A DNA stretch of 64,000 nucleotides from Spirochaetia bacterium (GTDB lineage Bacteria; Spirochaetota; Spirochaetia; DSM-2461). Positions 49,784 to 58,877 of the stretch are shown one piece after another. Under the pieces are notes generated by a model. The model ran no database searches, was not told the DNA's origin, and was given only the letters and a program-made list of their open reading frames with translations. Positions within the stretch are counted from its first letter, which is position 1. Each line of letters opens with the position of its first letter. The translations under genes were made by a program, and so were the position numbers. The DNA is taken from contig CAXXIA010000002.1 in NCBI GenBank assembly GCA_963666985.2, forward strand, positions 160,001 to 224,000, written 5' to 3'.

Positions 49784-50741
49784 GAGTATTCCTTTTCCAG
49801 GCAGCGTGGCGCACCGAAAGTTGGTCGGCATTCGGTGCGTTGGTCACGCAGCCCGTTTTTTCAATGATGAACGAGGAGCAGACAGTGCCGAGTTCGCAGC
49901 ATATCCGGGGATCTTCCTTGCGGAAAAAACCGTACAGGAAACCGGCGATGTAAGCGTCGCCCGCTCCGGTAAAATCGGCGATGGGTGTCTCGGTGGGGCA
50001 TGTTCCGACGCGGAAAGCCGCCTCCCCGCCCATTTTATCAAGGAAGCATCGGCTTCCCTTTTTACCCATCGTCTCGACAATAATCTTGGCGTTTCCAAGG
50101 CGGAAGAGGTCGGTGATGCTATCAAGGGAAAAAGTCCGTACGATATCTTCCGATTCATGCTCGTTGGTGAAGATAATCTCGCTGTAGAGGAGCGCTTCCT
50201 CCAAGAAATCCCTTGGAAAGGCGTCGGCATCGAGCTTCATCCCCAGGATCAGCGGAACACCGTTTTTCCGGCACCCCTCAAGGAAAAGCCGGTTGTCCTG
50301 TTCTGAAGCGACGGTCATCAGGCCGTAAGCGCTCCGTTGGAAAAGCTCGTCTGGAACCGGTTCGGCGAATCGGCCTTCCATAGCCCCGGGATAGAAAAGG
50401 GTGATATGGTTTCCCAGATCGTCCTCGATGATGTATGAGCCGCTGGTTTTCTCGTCCGGCATCTCGCGGACGGCGTCCAGTGGCACTCCGAGCCTTTCTA
50501 AAAAGTCCCTGTAGCCGATATCGATCCAGTCGCCGCCCACCCGCATAATGGGGAGGGCCCGGGAGCCTAGGACGGTAAGGAGGCAGCAGATGTTGGCCGC
50601 GCATCCGCCGAAATAAATCCGACGGTTATCGGCGTTGGAAATAATCGACGTGCGGCCAACCTCGGTCCGGCTTTTGGTCTTAATCAGGTTGTCCATGGAA
50701 ACATAACCGCTTCCGATCAGGTCATACCGTTTTGAACTCAT
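49776..50741 (-). CDS. PfkB/ribokinase-family kinase (nucleoside-kinase-like)
   Basis: GGCAANI, NEHE (NxxE), ETMGKKG, DFTGAGDAY anion hole. Confidence 0.92.
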   Translation of the reverse strand: MSSKRYDLIGSGYVSMDNLIKTKSRTEVGRTSIISNADNRRIYFGGCAANICCLLTVLGSRALPIMRVGGDWIDIGYRDFLERLGVPLDAVREMPDEKTSGSYIIEDDLGNHITLFYPGAMEGRFAEPVPDELFQRSAYGLMTVASEQDNRLFLEGCRKNGVPLILGMKLDADAFPRDFLEEALLYSEIIFTNEHESEDIVRTFSLDSITDLFRLGNAKIIVETMGKKGSRCFLDKMGGEAAFRVGTCPTETPIADFTGAGDAYIAGFLYGFFRKEDPRICCELGTVCSSFIIEKTGCVTNAPNADQLSVRHAAWKRNTHE

Positions 50742-51302
50742 AGGATGCCCCGCTCGATCCGATCTTCCACCTCCGCGCTCCCCAGGACTGTTCCGATGTA
50801 CTTAGAAATGTCCCTCAGATAAACGGCGTTGGTGGCCTCGTCGTCGGTTCCCACACAGTCGGACACAACAAAGGTTTCGTAGTTCCTGTAATAGCTGTCC
50901 AGCGCCGTGGCGTTGATACAGCAGTTGGTCTTGGTACCCACGATCACCAAGTTCTTCACGCCGTTCTCTCTAAGAACCAGATCCAGATCGGTTCCGTAGA
51001 ACGCCGAGTAGCGGCGCTTCGGAATCACGTATTCACCCTCGCGGGGAGCGAGTTCCGAATCGATTTCCACGCCGCGGGTTCCTTCGAGGCAGCATTCCCT
51101 CATGTTCTCAAGATTCTTCTCCGGCATGCCGCGGCGATAGCGGTGCTGCATGAAAATCACCGTCATACCCTTGCTCCGGAAAAAGTCGAGGAGGGTCCTT
51201 GATTCGCGGAATAATCTCCCTGTTTCGGGGATAGAAGACCTTTCCCTCCGGATGGGTAAAATCGAAAACCATATCGACAACGATCAACGCGGTTTCAGAC
51301 AT
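50738..51302 (-). CDS. Isochorismatase/nicotinamidase-family cysteine hydrolase; +1 frameshift at ~51197
   Basis: MSETALIVVDMVFDF joins TLLDFFR...KRRYSAF...GTKTNCCI after removing one base; D-K-C triad. Confidence 0.88.
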
Positions 51303-52209
51303 GGGAAATCCCCCGGATATTCGTTCGGGAATGCTTCACGCCTTCGACGGCGAAAAGAACCACCACAATGGCCAGGTAGGGAATCATCTTCAAAAGAATA
51401 GCAATGGATCCGTAGGTGACGGCTAAATTGATCGCCAGGGATTTGGCTGCACCGAAGAGGAAGGCGTAGAGACTGCTCTTCAGAGGCTTGCCGTCCCCGC
51501 AGTAGATGGCGGCGATGGCGATGAATCCGATGCCGTCGGTAAAGGATGGCGTAAAACTCGCCAGCTGCTCCACCGTAACGTTGTATCCCGCGAAACCGCA
51601 GAAAACGGCGCCCAAAATAACGGCGAAATACTTAATCTTCGCCGTCGGGATGCCCAGGCTCACCCCGGCGTCCTCGTTGTCCCCGCAAACACGCACGTAG
51701 ACGCCGACGGGAGTCCTGTAGAGAACCGCCCAGGCTGCAAAAACCGCCAGTAGGGAGAGGTAGGTAAACGGCGTGTGTCCGCTGAGGATTCCCCCAAGAA
51801 AAGGCAGACGGCCGATGAGCGGCAGATCCACCCCGAGATCCACCACCCTATCGATGTTGATCAGGTTAATCTCCGTCAGACCCATTTCAACGAGGATGTA
51901 TTTTCCCGCGGCTGTGGCCAGAAGATTAATTCCCAATCCCGTAATAATGAAGTTCGCATTCTTGTTCACCGAAAAATAAGAAAACAGCACACCGATGGCC
52001 GCCGAAATGACCATTCCCACGATGATTCCCAAGAAAAGGCTCTGGGTGAAGAATATCGCCAAAACCGAAGCCAAGCCGCCGAAATACATCATTCCCTCTA
52101 GACCGATGTTCACGATATTGGCCCGGTATGCGAACAGCCCGCCCACTGTGCAGAACAGGATGGGAGAGGTATAGAGCAGGACATCGGAAAGGAATCTGAT
52201 GATATTCAT
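51295..52209 (-). CDS. Nucleoside-type ABC transporter permease (NupC-like)
   Basis: NIGLEGMM, GVYVRVCGDNEDA, GIGFIAIAA; BPD_transp_2 pattern. Confidence 0.92.
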   Translation of the reverse strand: MNIIRFLSDVLLYTSPILFCTVGGLFAYRANIVNIGLEGMMYFGGLASVLAIFFTQSLFLGIIVGMVISAAIGVLFSYFSVNKNANFIITGLGINLLATAAGKYILVEMGLTEINLINIDRVVDLGVDLPLIGRLPFLGGILSGHTPFTYLSLLAVFAAWAVLYRTPVGVYVRVCGDNEDAGVSLGIPTAKIKYFAVILGAVFCGFAGYNVTVEQLASFTPSFTDGIGFIAIAAIYCGDGKPLKSSLYAFLFGAAKSLAINLAVTYGSIAILLKMIPYLAIVVVLFAVEGVKHSRTNIRGISHV

Positions 52210-53306
52210 CCGATCTTCTCCTTTCTTCTCCCGGAGTCCAGGAGGGACTCGATTCGTTTGTAGCCCCGAGTATTCGGACCGCCGATCATTTTGAGCGAGA
52301 GCAGAAGAATAATCATTGCCTGGATGAGCGCGATAATCTCGCTGGGGACATGGGTGAAGACGCTGATGTTCTGAACACCGACCTTCAGAGTGGCGTAGAA
52401 AATTGCCGCCACGATAATGCCCGCCGGATTGTGAGCCCCCAGTAAGGCGATGAGCATCCCGTCCCAACCCAGGCCCACGGCACCGCTGAACGAAAGGGTG
52501 TAGGCATATTTCTCGCTCATCAGCCATCCTGCCCCCGCCAGGCCGGCCAGGGCGCCGCTGATGAGCATGATGGTCAGAATCTTCCGGCCGACGTTCATCC
52601 CCACCGCCTCGCTGAACGAGGGATTATACCCGATGGCCTCGATTTCAAAACCAAGCCGGGACCGGTTGAAGAGGAAATACATCACGATGAACACCGCGAG
52701 AGCAACGAAGGTGAAGATGGTCAATTTTGTTCCCCCCAGATGATGGAGGATCGCATTGTCGGGCAGCATGTTCGTCGACACATATCCAGAACTGGGATTT
52801 CGGAACGGCCCGGAGGTTAGGTACTCCAGAAAAATGGCGATGGCATAGTTCAACAGCAGGGAGACCACCATCTCGTTCACGTTGAAGAAGGCCCTCAGAA
52901 CGGCCGGTACGGCGGCAAAGAGTATGCCGCAGACCATCCCCGTTACCAGACAAAGGGGCACGAGCAGCACCGGAGACATAGCGGGGAAGGATGTCCCGAC
53001 GATCATGGCGGCGAAGGCTCCGACCAGGAGCTGTCCCTCCACTCCCATGTTGAAAAAACCCGCCTTGAAGGTAACGGCGATCGCCAAGCCGGTAAGCATC
53101 AACGGCGATGCGTAATGCAGGGTTTTCATCAATCCCTGGAAGTCGAAAAGCGACTTGGAGAACAGAATCCAATAGGTGCTCAGAGGATTCTCCCGGGCGA
53201 TGAGAATCACCACCGCGCCGATAAGGAATGCGAGAATTACCGGGGATACCGCGTTCACCAGGGTGACGGCGGCCTTCGTATTGCGTTGCGGATCATTTTT
53301 TTTCAT
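52206..53306 (-). CDS. Nucleoside-type ABC transporter permease (NupB-like)
   Basis: FNMGVEGQL, NVNEMVVSLLLNY, GLGWDGMLIALLG. Confidence 0.92.
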   Translation of the reverse strand: MKKNDPQRNTKAAVTLVNAVSPVILAFLIGAVVILIARENPLSTYWILFSKSLFDFQGLMKTLHYASPLMLTGLAIAVTFKAGFFNMGVEGQLLVGAFAAMIVGTSFPAMSPVLLVPLCLVTGMVCGILFAAVPAVLRAFFNVNEMVVSLLLNYAIAIFLEYLTSGPFRNPSSGYVSTNMLPDNAILHHLGGTKLTIFTFVALAVFIVMYFLFNRSRLGFEIEAIGYNPSFSEAVGMNVGRKILTIMLISGALAGLAGAGWLMSEKYAYTLSFSGAVGLGWDGMLIALLGAHNPAGIIVAAIFYATLKVGVQNISVFTHVPSEIIALIQAMIILLLSLKMIGGPNTRGYKRIESLLDSGRRKEKIG

Positions 53307-54853
53307 TCTTTAACCCCCGCCATCAGCAGTCCCAGTTCACCCCTCGTTACGTTGCGGGCGTCGACTTCGTCGATAAACCGGCCACGGTACATCACGAGAA
53401 TCCTATCGCTCAAACTCATAATTTCACTCAGCTCCGTGCTGACCAGCAGGACGGCCTTCCGCTTCTTCCGCAAAGCCAGGATCGTTGTGTGGATGAACTC
53501 GATGGCTCCGATGTCGACTCCCCGGGTCGGCTGGGCCGCGATGAGAAAATCAGGATTGGATTCGAGTTCCCTCCCGATGATGATCTTCTGGGCATTTCCC
53601 CCTGAAAGGGACGACAGCTGTCCCCCGGCGTCGCTGATGCGGATATCAAAGTCCTCGATCAGCCTATCCCTCCAATGCTCGATGGCCCGTCTCTTCATCA
53701 GTCCTCTGGAGCAGAATTCAGAATTGTAGTGGTAGCCGGCGATGCAATTGTGAGCAAGAGTCATTTCTCGGCAGAGTCCATGGACATACCGTTCTTCGGG
53801 AATGATGCCGATCCGCCGGTCCCGAAGACCGCGGGGCCAGGAATTCGTAATGTCCTCCCCGCGCATCCTGACGGTTCCCTCGGTGGAGCGCATCAGCCCC
53901 GAGAGCACTCGAATGAGCTCACTCTGGCCGTTCCCCTCGACTCCGGCGATCCCGAGGATTTCACCTTCTTTCACTCCGAAAGAGACGCCGTCGACAACCT
54001 TGCGCCCATCGTCGGTCCTCGTGGAAAGATTCTCCACTTCGTAAACCAAGGGATTGTTCGGGGAGGCCGAATGGTCCGATTCCACCGAAAGCAATACGTC
54101 ACGGCCGACCATGAGCTGGGCGAGTTCCCGTTCACTCGTCTTGGCGGTTTCGATGCTCTTCACCACCTCGCCTTTCTTGATGACCGTGACGCTGTCGCTG
54201 ATCATCATCACTTCCTTCAACTTGTGGGTGATGATGATGATGGTTTTCCCCTGCTTCTTCAGCTGCCGGAGCGAATCGAAGAAATCATCGATTTCCTGAG
54301 GCGTGAGGACGGCCGTCGGCTCGTCGAAGATGAGAATATCGACGCTCCGGTAGAGCATCTTGAGGATTTCAACCTTCTGCTTCGCTCCGACGCTGAGATC
54401 CCGTACCAGTGTATCGGGATCCAGATCGAATCCGAAGCGTTCGATCAGCTCGAGGACCTTGGCCCTCCCCTTCCTCCTGCTCAGCAGGGGCAGCGTCACC
54501 GATCGTCCCGCCAAATTGATGGTTCCTTTCACCTCCGCGCCCAAAAGGACGTTTTCCCGGACCGTCAGGGTGGGGACGAGCTTGAAATGCTGATGAACCA
54601 TGCCGATGCTCGCCCTTATGGCGTCCACGGGAGATGTAAAATTTACACGGTCACCGCGAACCTCGACATGGCCGTTCGTCGGTTCAAGCAGGCCGTAGAG
54701 CACATTCATCAGTGTGGTCTTTCCCGCGCCGTTTTCACCCACCACCGCCTTGATTTCGTTCTCGGCGACACTGAAATGGATGTTTTTGTTTGCGTAAAAG
54801 TCACCGAATTTTCTGGTAACGCCCACGCATCTGATGATTTCCACGACCTGCAC
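53303..54853 (-). CDS. CUT2 ABC transporter ATP-binding protein (NupA-like, two NBDs)
   Basis: GENGAGKT, MVHQHF, DEPT, GVEGNGQ, LSGGNAQK, QPTRGVD. Confidence 0.95.
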   Translation of the reverse strand: MQVVEIIRCVGVTRKFGDFYANKNIHFSVAENEIKAVVGENGAGKTTLMNVLYGLLEPTNGHVEVRGDRVNFTSPVDAIRASIGMVHQHFKLVPTLTVRENVLLGAEVKGTINLAGRSVTLPLLSRRKGRAKVLELIERFGFDLDPDTLVRDLSVGAKQKVEILKMLYRSVDILIFDEPTAVLTPQEIDDFFDSLRQLKKQGKTIIIITHKLKEVMMISDSVTVIKKGEVVKSIETAKTSERELAQLMVGRDVLLSVESDHSASPNNPLVYEVENLSTRTDDGRKVVDGVSFGVKEGEILGIAGVEGNGQSELIRVLSGLMRSTEGTVRMRGEDITNSWPRGLRDRRIGIIPEERYVHGLCREMTLAHNCIAGYHYNSEFCSRGLMKRRAIEHWRDRLIEDFDIRISDAGGQLSSLSGGNAQKIIIGRELESNPDFLIAAQPTRGVDIGAIEFIHTTILALRKKRKAVLLVSTELSEIMSLSDRILVMYRGRFIDEVDARNVTRGELGLLMAGVKE

Positions 54854-54861
54854 CTCGATAA

Positions 54862-56028
54862 TCAGTTCTTACGGACGACGTTCTCCAGCTCGGCCCAGTC
54901 GATCTCTTCGCCGGACTGGGCGTCGATAACGTCGATAGCTCCGGAGCCGATCTGTTCCTCGATGCTCGCAATCTCGGCTTTGATGTCCGCCCAAACAGCT
55001 TGCGCTTCATCGGTTTGAAGGACGAATCCTTCGATCACGCTTAAGTCGGTAATCCCCGTCGCCCCTGAATTCATAGAATAGTAGATATCCGTGCCGGATA
55101 CCGCGCCGAGCTCCCCGTTGACAAGTTTCTCGGTGATGTCGAAGACGGGAACATTGGTGTTTTTGAGGACCGAGGTCAGGATGGTGCCGGGTACCTGAGC
55201 GTCCTGATTCGCGTCCACGTCCACACACAGGCGACCGGCCTTCTTGGCCTCGTTCCGCATGGAAACCGCGACACCGCCGGCAGCCGCGTAGATAATGTTG
55301 CATCCGGCGTCGTAGTAGGTGGCTATGGTCTGGGCGACAGCCGGAGTGGCTGCGAATCCCGCGGCGTAATCGGAGTAGTAGTCGTAGGTAACGCCGAGCT
55401 TCTCGGCTTCATAGTCCACGCCGGAAATAAAACCGTTTCCGAAGACGCTGATGCCGCTGCTCGCCGTTCCGCCGAGGAAACCGACGGCCCGGGCTTCGTC
55501 GGTAGACACGAATTTATAATCACCGCCGAAGAGGACGTCCGCGTTCTCATTGGCGAGGACGGACAGGGCGCCGGCAAGAAAAGACCCCTCGTTTACATTG
55601 AAGAGAACCTCCACCACGTTCGGCTGGATCTTGGACCCGTCTTCGGCCGTATTGGCGAAAGCGTTGAAGATAACGAACGTCGTTTCGGGATACTGCTCCG
55701 CGATGGATTTTCCGCTTCCGTCGTTATTGATCAGCGCATCGAAATTGTATTCGAGCGAAAAAATCAAATCGTACCCGGCGGCGGCCAAAAGAGTCAGCGC
55801 TCCGGGAACATCGTCCGCGTTGTCGACGACTTTGGTCTCGATGGAGTACTTCTCGGCAACGGCATTGAGTCCTTCGATGGAAAACTCGTTATATCCGTTG
55901 TCGTTCGCACCGGCGGCGGAGACAATCAATCCGACATGAAGAATATCGGATTCCTCGCTCTTCCCGCCGCAGCCGACGACGAGCAGTATCGAAGCCAAAA
56001 CCAAGAAACTTGCAATCATCCTTTTCAT
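54862..56028 (-). CDS. BMP-family ABC substrate-binding lipoprotein (nucleoside-binding type)
   Basis: Lipobox VVGC, NDNGYNE, NEGSFLAG, IYAAAGG, VDANQD, TSVLKN. Confidence 0.92.
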   Translation of the reverse strand: MKRMIASFLVLASILLVVGCGGKSEESDILHVGLIVSAAGANDNGYNEFSIEGLNAVAEKYSIETKVVDNADDVPGALTLLAAAGYDLIFSLEYNFDALINNDGSGKSIAEQYPETTFVIFNAFANTAEDGSKIQPNVVEVLFNVNEGSFLAGALSVLANENADVLFGGDYKFVSTDEARAVGFLGGTASSGISVFGNGFISGVDYEAEKLGVTYDYYSDYAAGFAATPAVAQTIATYYDAGCNIIYAAAGGVAVSMRNEAKKAGRLCVDVDANQDAQVPGTILTSVLKNTNVPVFDITEKLVNGELGAVSGTDIYYSMNSGATGITDLSVIEGFVLQTDEAQAVWADIKAEIASIEEQIGSGAIDVIDAQSGEEIDWAELENVVRKN

Positions 56029-56050
56029 TTATGCCCTCCGTGATTATGAA

Positions 56051-56084
56051 GTCTAGACAACAAGTCATTATGTTGTCATAACAA
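56051..56084. promoter_or_regulatory. Putative GntR/HutC-type operators upstream of the catabolic operon
   Basis: GTCTAGAC (56051-56058) and TTGTCATAACAA (56073-56084), both resembling the HutC-type GT..TA..AC palindrome. Confidence 0.6.
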
Positions 56085-56157
56085 GATAATACACAATATT
56101 TGAGTTTGCTGCGTTTGTAAAGATGACTTCGTCCATTTTCTCCGGATTCGCCGAATA

Positions 56158-56889
56158 TCATCGGATTTGATTGATGAAGAACTTGAACTGATCGGACCTG
56201 TAATAACAGGAAAATTGCTCAACCGGAATTTCGACTCCGTTTGAGATACCGTAAGTAAGGCAGCGAAAAAGGAGTATGGGCACATTCTTCTTGATTCTGA
56301 GAGACTTCGCGATTACCTCGTCCGCCGAGATGGCTTCTATCGTCCTATGAGCCCGGGAGATTTTAATCTGGTACTTCTTCTCAAGAATGTCATAAAGGGA
56401 ATTCAGAGAGAAATCGAGGAATTCGATGCCCGGAAGCAGACTGTAGGGCAGGAAGGACTGGGTCCGATTCAAAGGAACATCGTCGGCGAAGTATATCCGG
56501 TCGAGGTAGAAAAGCTTGTCGGTACTGTTGATCTTCAAGTCGTAGGCCTGCTTGACGGTGCAGGGGATCACTTCACTGGCCAGAACCTGTCGGCTTGGCT
56601 CCATGCCGTGGGCCCTGATATCCGTTGTACAGCTCGTCAGATTGATTAAATTCTGATTTTCATGATCCATCTCCACGTAGGTTCCCTTTCCCTGAATGCG
56701 AAAGAGGTACCCCTCCTGGACCAATTCGTCGATGGCACGCCTGACTGTAATCCGGCTGACGCCGAACTTTGCAATAAGCTCCCTTTCGCTGGGAATAGGC
56801 TTTCCTTCTTCTTCCTTCCATACCTCTATGAGTTTCTTGAGTTGTTCCTTAATACGATAATACTTCGGAAGAACGGCAAGATCTTTCAT
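56158..56889 (-). CDS. GntR-family (HutC subfamily, UTRA domain) transcriptional regulator
   Basis: PSERELIAKFGVSRITVRRAI, QGKGTYV, UTRA domain ending SCYYRSDQF; ATG 56889 follows AGGTGG. Confidence 0.94.
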   Translation of the reverse strand: MKDLAVLPKYYRIKEQLKKLIEVWKEEEGKPIPSERELIAKFGVSRITVRRAIDELVQEGYLFRIQGKGTYVEMDHENQNLINLTSCTTDIRAHGMEPSRQVLASEVIPCTVKQAYDLKINSTDKLFYLDRIYFADDVPLNRTQSFLPYSLLPGIEFLDFSLNSLYDILEKKYQIKISRAHRTIEAISADEVIAKSLRIKKNVPILLFRCLTYGISNGVEIPVEQFSCYYRSDQFKFFINQIR

Positions 56890-56899
56890 TTCCACCTAC

Positions 56900-56910
56900 T
56901 TGTTATAACC
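56900..56910. promoter_or_regulatory. Putative autoregulatory HutC-type operator
   Basis: TTGTTATAACC just upstream of the regulator RBS, similar to the 56073 box. Confidence 0.55.
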
Positions 56911-57043
56911 AGCATTTAATTAACATATCAAATCATCATAACTTGGTCACCAAAAAAATCATTACTTCTCCGAATCCGCAATCAATCCATTTAACATCAA
57001 TCCCCGTAGCGTATTTTCGCCTTGAAGTCTATGATTCCGCATC

Positions 57044-58306
57044 ATGACCACGGCCGACTTCATCAACCGGCGAACCGAATACAGGTTTGCCGGGAAAAAT
57101 CTCAAACTTGATCTTTCTCTGGGACTCTTCAGCAGCGCCGGTGTTGACGCGGGGTCTTTATTATTGCTCAAATCCCTGGCCAAGGAACTGGAGTTGGACG
57201 GCGTTGCGGCACCGCGGCGCATTCTGGATGTGGGCTGCGGTACCGGGACTCTGGGATTGGCGCTGGCATCACGTTTACCGGAAGCCCGCGTACTGCTCAC
57301 CGACCGTGACGAATTGGCGCTGACGTTCTCACGGCATAATGCCTCTCTTAATCGCTTAGAAAACGTCGAGACCTCTTCCCGGCTCATGATGGAGAATCCT
57401 CACGAGTTCCCGTACGACCTCATCGTCTCGAACTTTCCCGCCAAGGCCGGAGATCCGGTTCTGGAGGATTTTCTGCGGCGCTCCCTGGAAGCCCTGGCTC
57501 CGGAAGGACGAACGGCGCTTGTTATTGTGTACACCCTGGCCGAACGCTGCCGGGAACTCATCGGTCTTATCGGCGGCAATATTATCCATGAGGATACATC
57601 CAAGATGCATACGGTTTTCCATTTCCGTTCCAATACGGCGAAGGGAAACCGGCCGGCGGTTCCAAACAGCCCTAAAATCGCGGACTCCGAAGAAAAGACC
57701 GATGAATATACCGAAAAACTTCTGACTCCTTATATCCGGTACTCCGGTGAGTTCAAAATGAAGCGGACCCGCTATCATGCGCATACCGTTTGGAACATTC
57801 CCGATTTCGATACTCTTTCCTGGAGACTTACACTCATCGGAGAACTGCTCGAGAGGGAACCGCGTTCGGGAGTCCTGCTGTGTTCCAATCCGGGCCAGGG
57901 ACATTTGCCTCTCGCCCTCGCCGTCCGAAAAGGAGCCCGTCCGAACCGTATCATCCTCACCGGACGGGACAGACTCCAGCTTCTCATCAGCCGGAGTAAT
58001 CTTAAAAACGCCGTCCCCGGACTCCCGGTCGAAACACTCCCTCTGGCCGACCCATCGCTGCTGGCGGGCTCCATTGAAGATGATACGGCCGATTTTCTGC
58101 TCACCGACCTGAACCCCGTTCCACGAACCGATTGGACCGCGCCCTTAAGAGAAGCCGCCGCGAAAGTTGTTAAAAAAGGCGGTGAATGGGCCATTCTCGG
58201 CCGAAGCGCTGATGTAACCGCTCTTCTGAAATACTCCAAAGGATGGACGCCCTTGGACGACCGGCGCAGTCGGGGATGGAGAGCGGTAATCCTGCGGAGA
58301 AATTAA
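57044..58306 (+). CDS. Class I SAM-dependent methyltransferase (RsmC/MTS-like, duplicated domain)
   Basis: GLFSSAGVDAGSLLL, LDVGCGTG, LIVSNFPAKAG; degenerate second MTS domain. Confidence 0.85.
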   Translation: MTTADFINRRTEYRFAGKNLKLDLSLGLFSSAGVDAGSLLLLKSLAKELELDGVAAPRRILDVGCGTGTLGLALASRLPEARVLLTDRDELALTFSRHNASLNRLENVETSSRLMMENPHEFPYDLIVSNFPAKAGDPVLEDFLRRSLEALAPEGRTALVIVYTLAERCRELIGLIGGNIIHEDTSKMHTVFHFRSNTAKGNRPAVPNSPKIADSEEKTDEYTEKLLTPYIRYSGEFKMKRTRYHAHTVWNIPDFDTLSWRLTLIGELLEREPRSGVLLCSNPGQGHLPLALAVRKGARPNRIILTGRDRLQLLISRSNLKNAVPGLPVETLPLADPSLLAGSIEDDTADFLLTDLNPVPRTDWTAPLREAAAKVVKKGGEWAILGRSADVTALLKYSKGWTPLDDRRSRGWRAVILRRN

Positions 58307-58400
58307 CGGGCCTCCAAAGCCTTTACGCAATTCCGGAACAGATAATGCTCTTCCCCCGAATTCGGTAAAACAGCCGGTTGTTCATGCAAAAATCTCTCCG

Positions 58401-58877
58401 TTATTGAGAAGCATCCGGACTGTAAAAAAGTTCCGAATCCGCGTTCACACCGGCCTTTTTCAAGACATCACGCGCCGGTTCGGGAAGGACTGTCGTTGAT
58501 TTTGCCGTATAAGGCAGCTTTTTATAGAGCGCCACAAACAGCCTCATGCTGTCGGTTCCTATTTCCTTCCCGTCCAGCTCGCCGAAAAACGTTTCAAAGG
58601 ATTTCACTTGAAGAAGTGAAGGATTCTCCAGAGTCTCCAAACCGAATGCCTTAACCAGAACTTCCACGGGAATATCAAAAGCCTTTTGAATATCTTCAAA
58701 GGTGTAAGATCCTCGAATATCCGCGGGATTCGCCACGCCGAGGAACGCTCCCTCCGTGTATTTGGCGGGTTTTTTTGAATTCTCGGTTTTCCATTGCCCG
58801 GTGAGCGTGGTGAGCCCTATTCCCAAAAGAAGCAATCCGGGTACAAGAAGTCCCGCGATCGATGCGCGAAGAGTCAT
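58401..58877 (-). CDS. Membrane-anchored hypothetical protein
   Basis: N-terminal TM, NPADIRGSYTF motif; ATGA overlap with the upstream 4Fe-4S gene. Confidence 0.72.
   Translation of the reverse strand: MTLRASIAGLLVPGLLLLGIGLTTLTGQWKTENSKKPAKYTEGAFLGVANPADIRGSYTFEDIQKAFDIPVEVLVKAFGLETLENPSLLQVKSFETFFGELDGKEIGTDSMRLFVALYKKLPYTAKSTTVLPEPARDVLKKAGVNADSELFYSPDASQ

Noticed and set aside
53675..55018. Long antisense ORFs (e.g. 53675-55018, 47431-48546, 26625-27782, 44787-45587)
   Set aside because: Shadow frames of well-supported genes in GC-rich DNA, with no recognisable motifs
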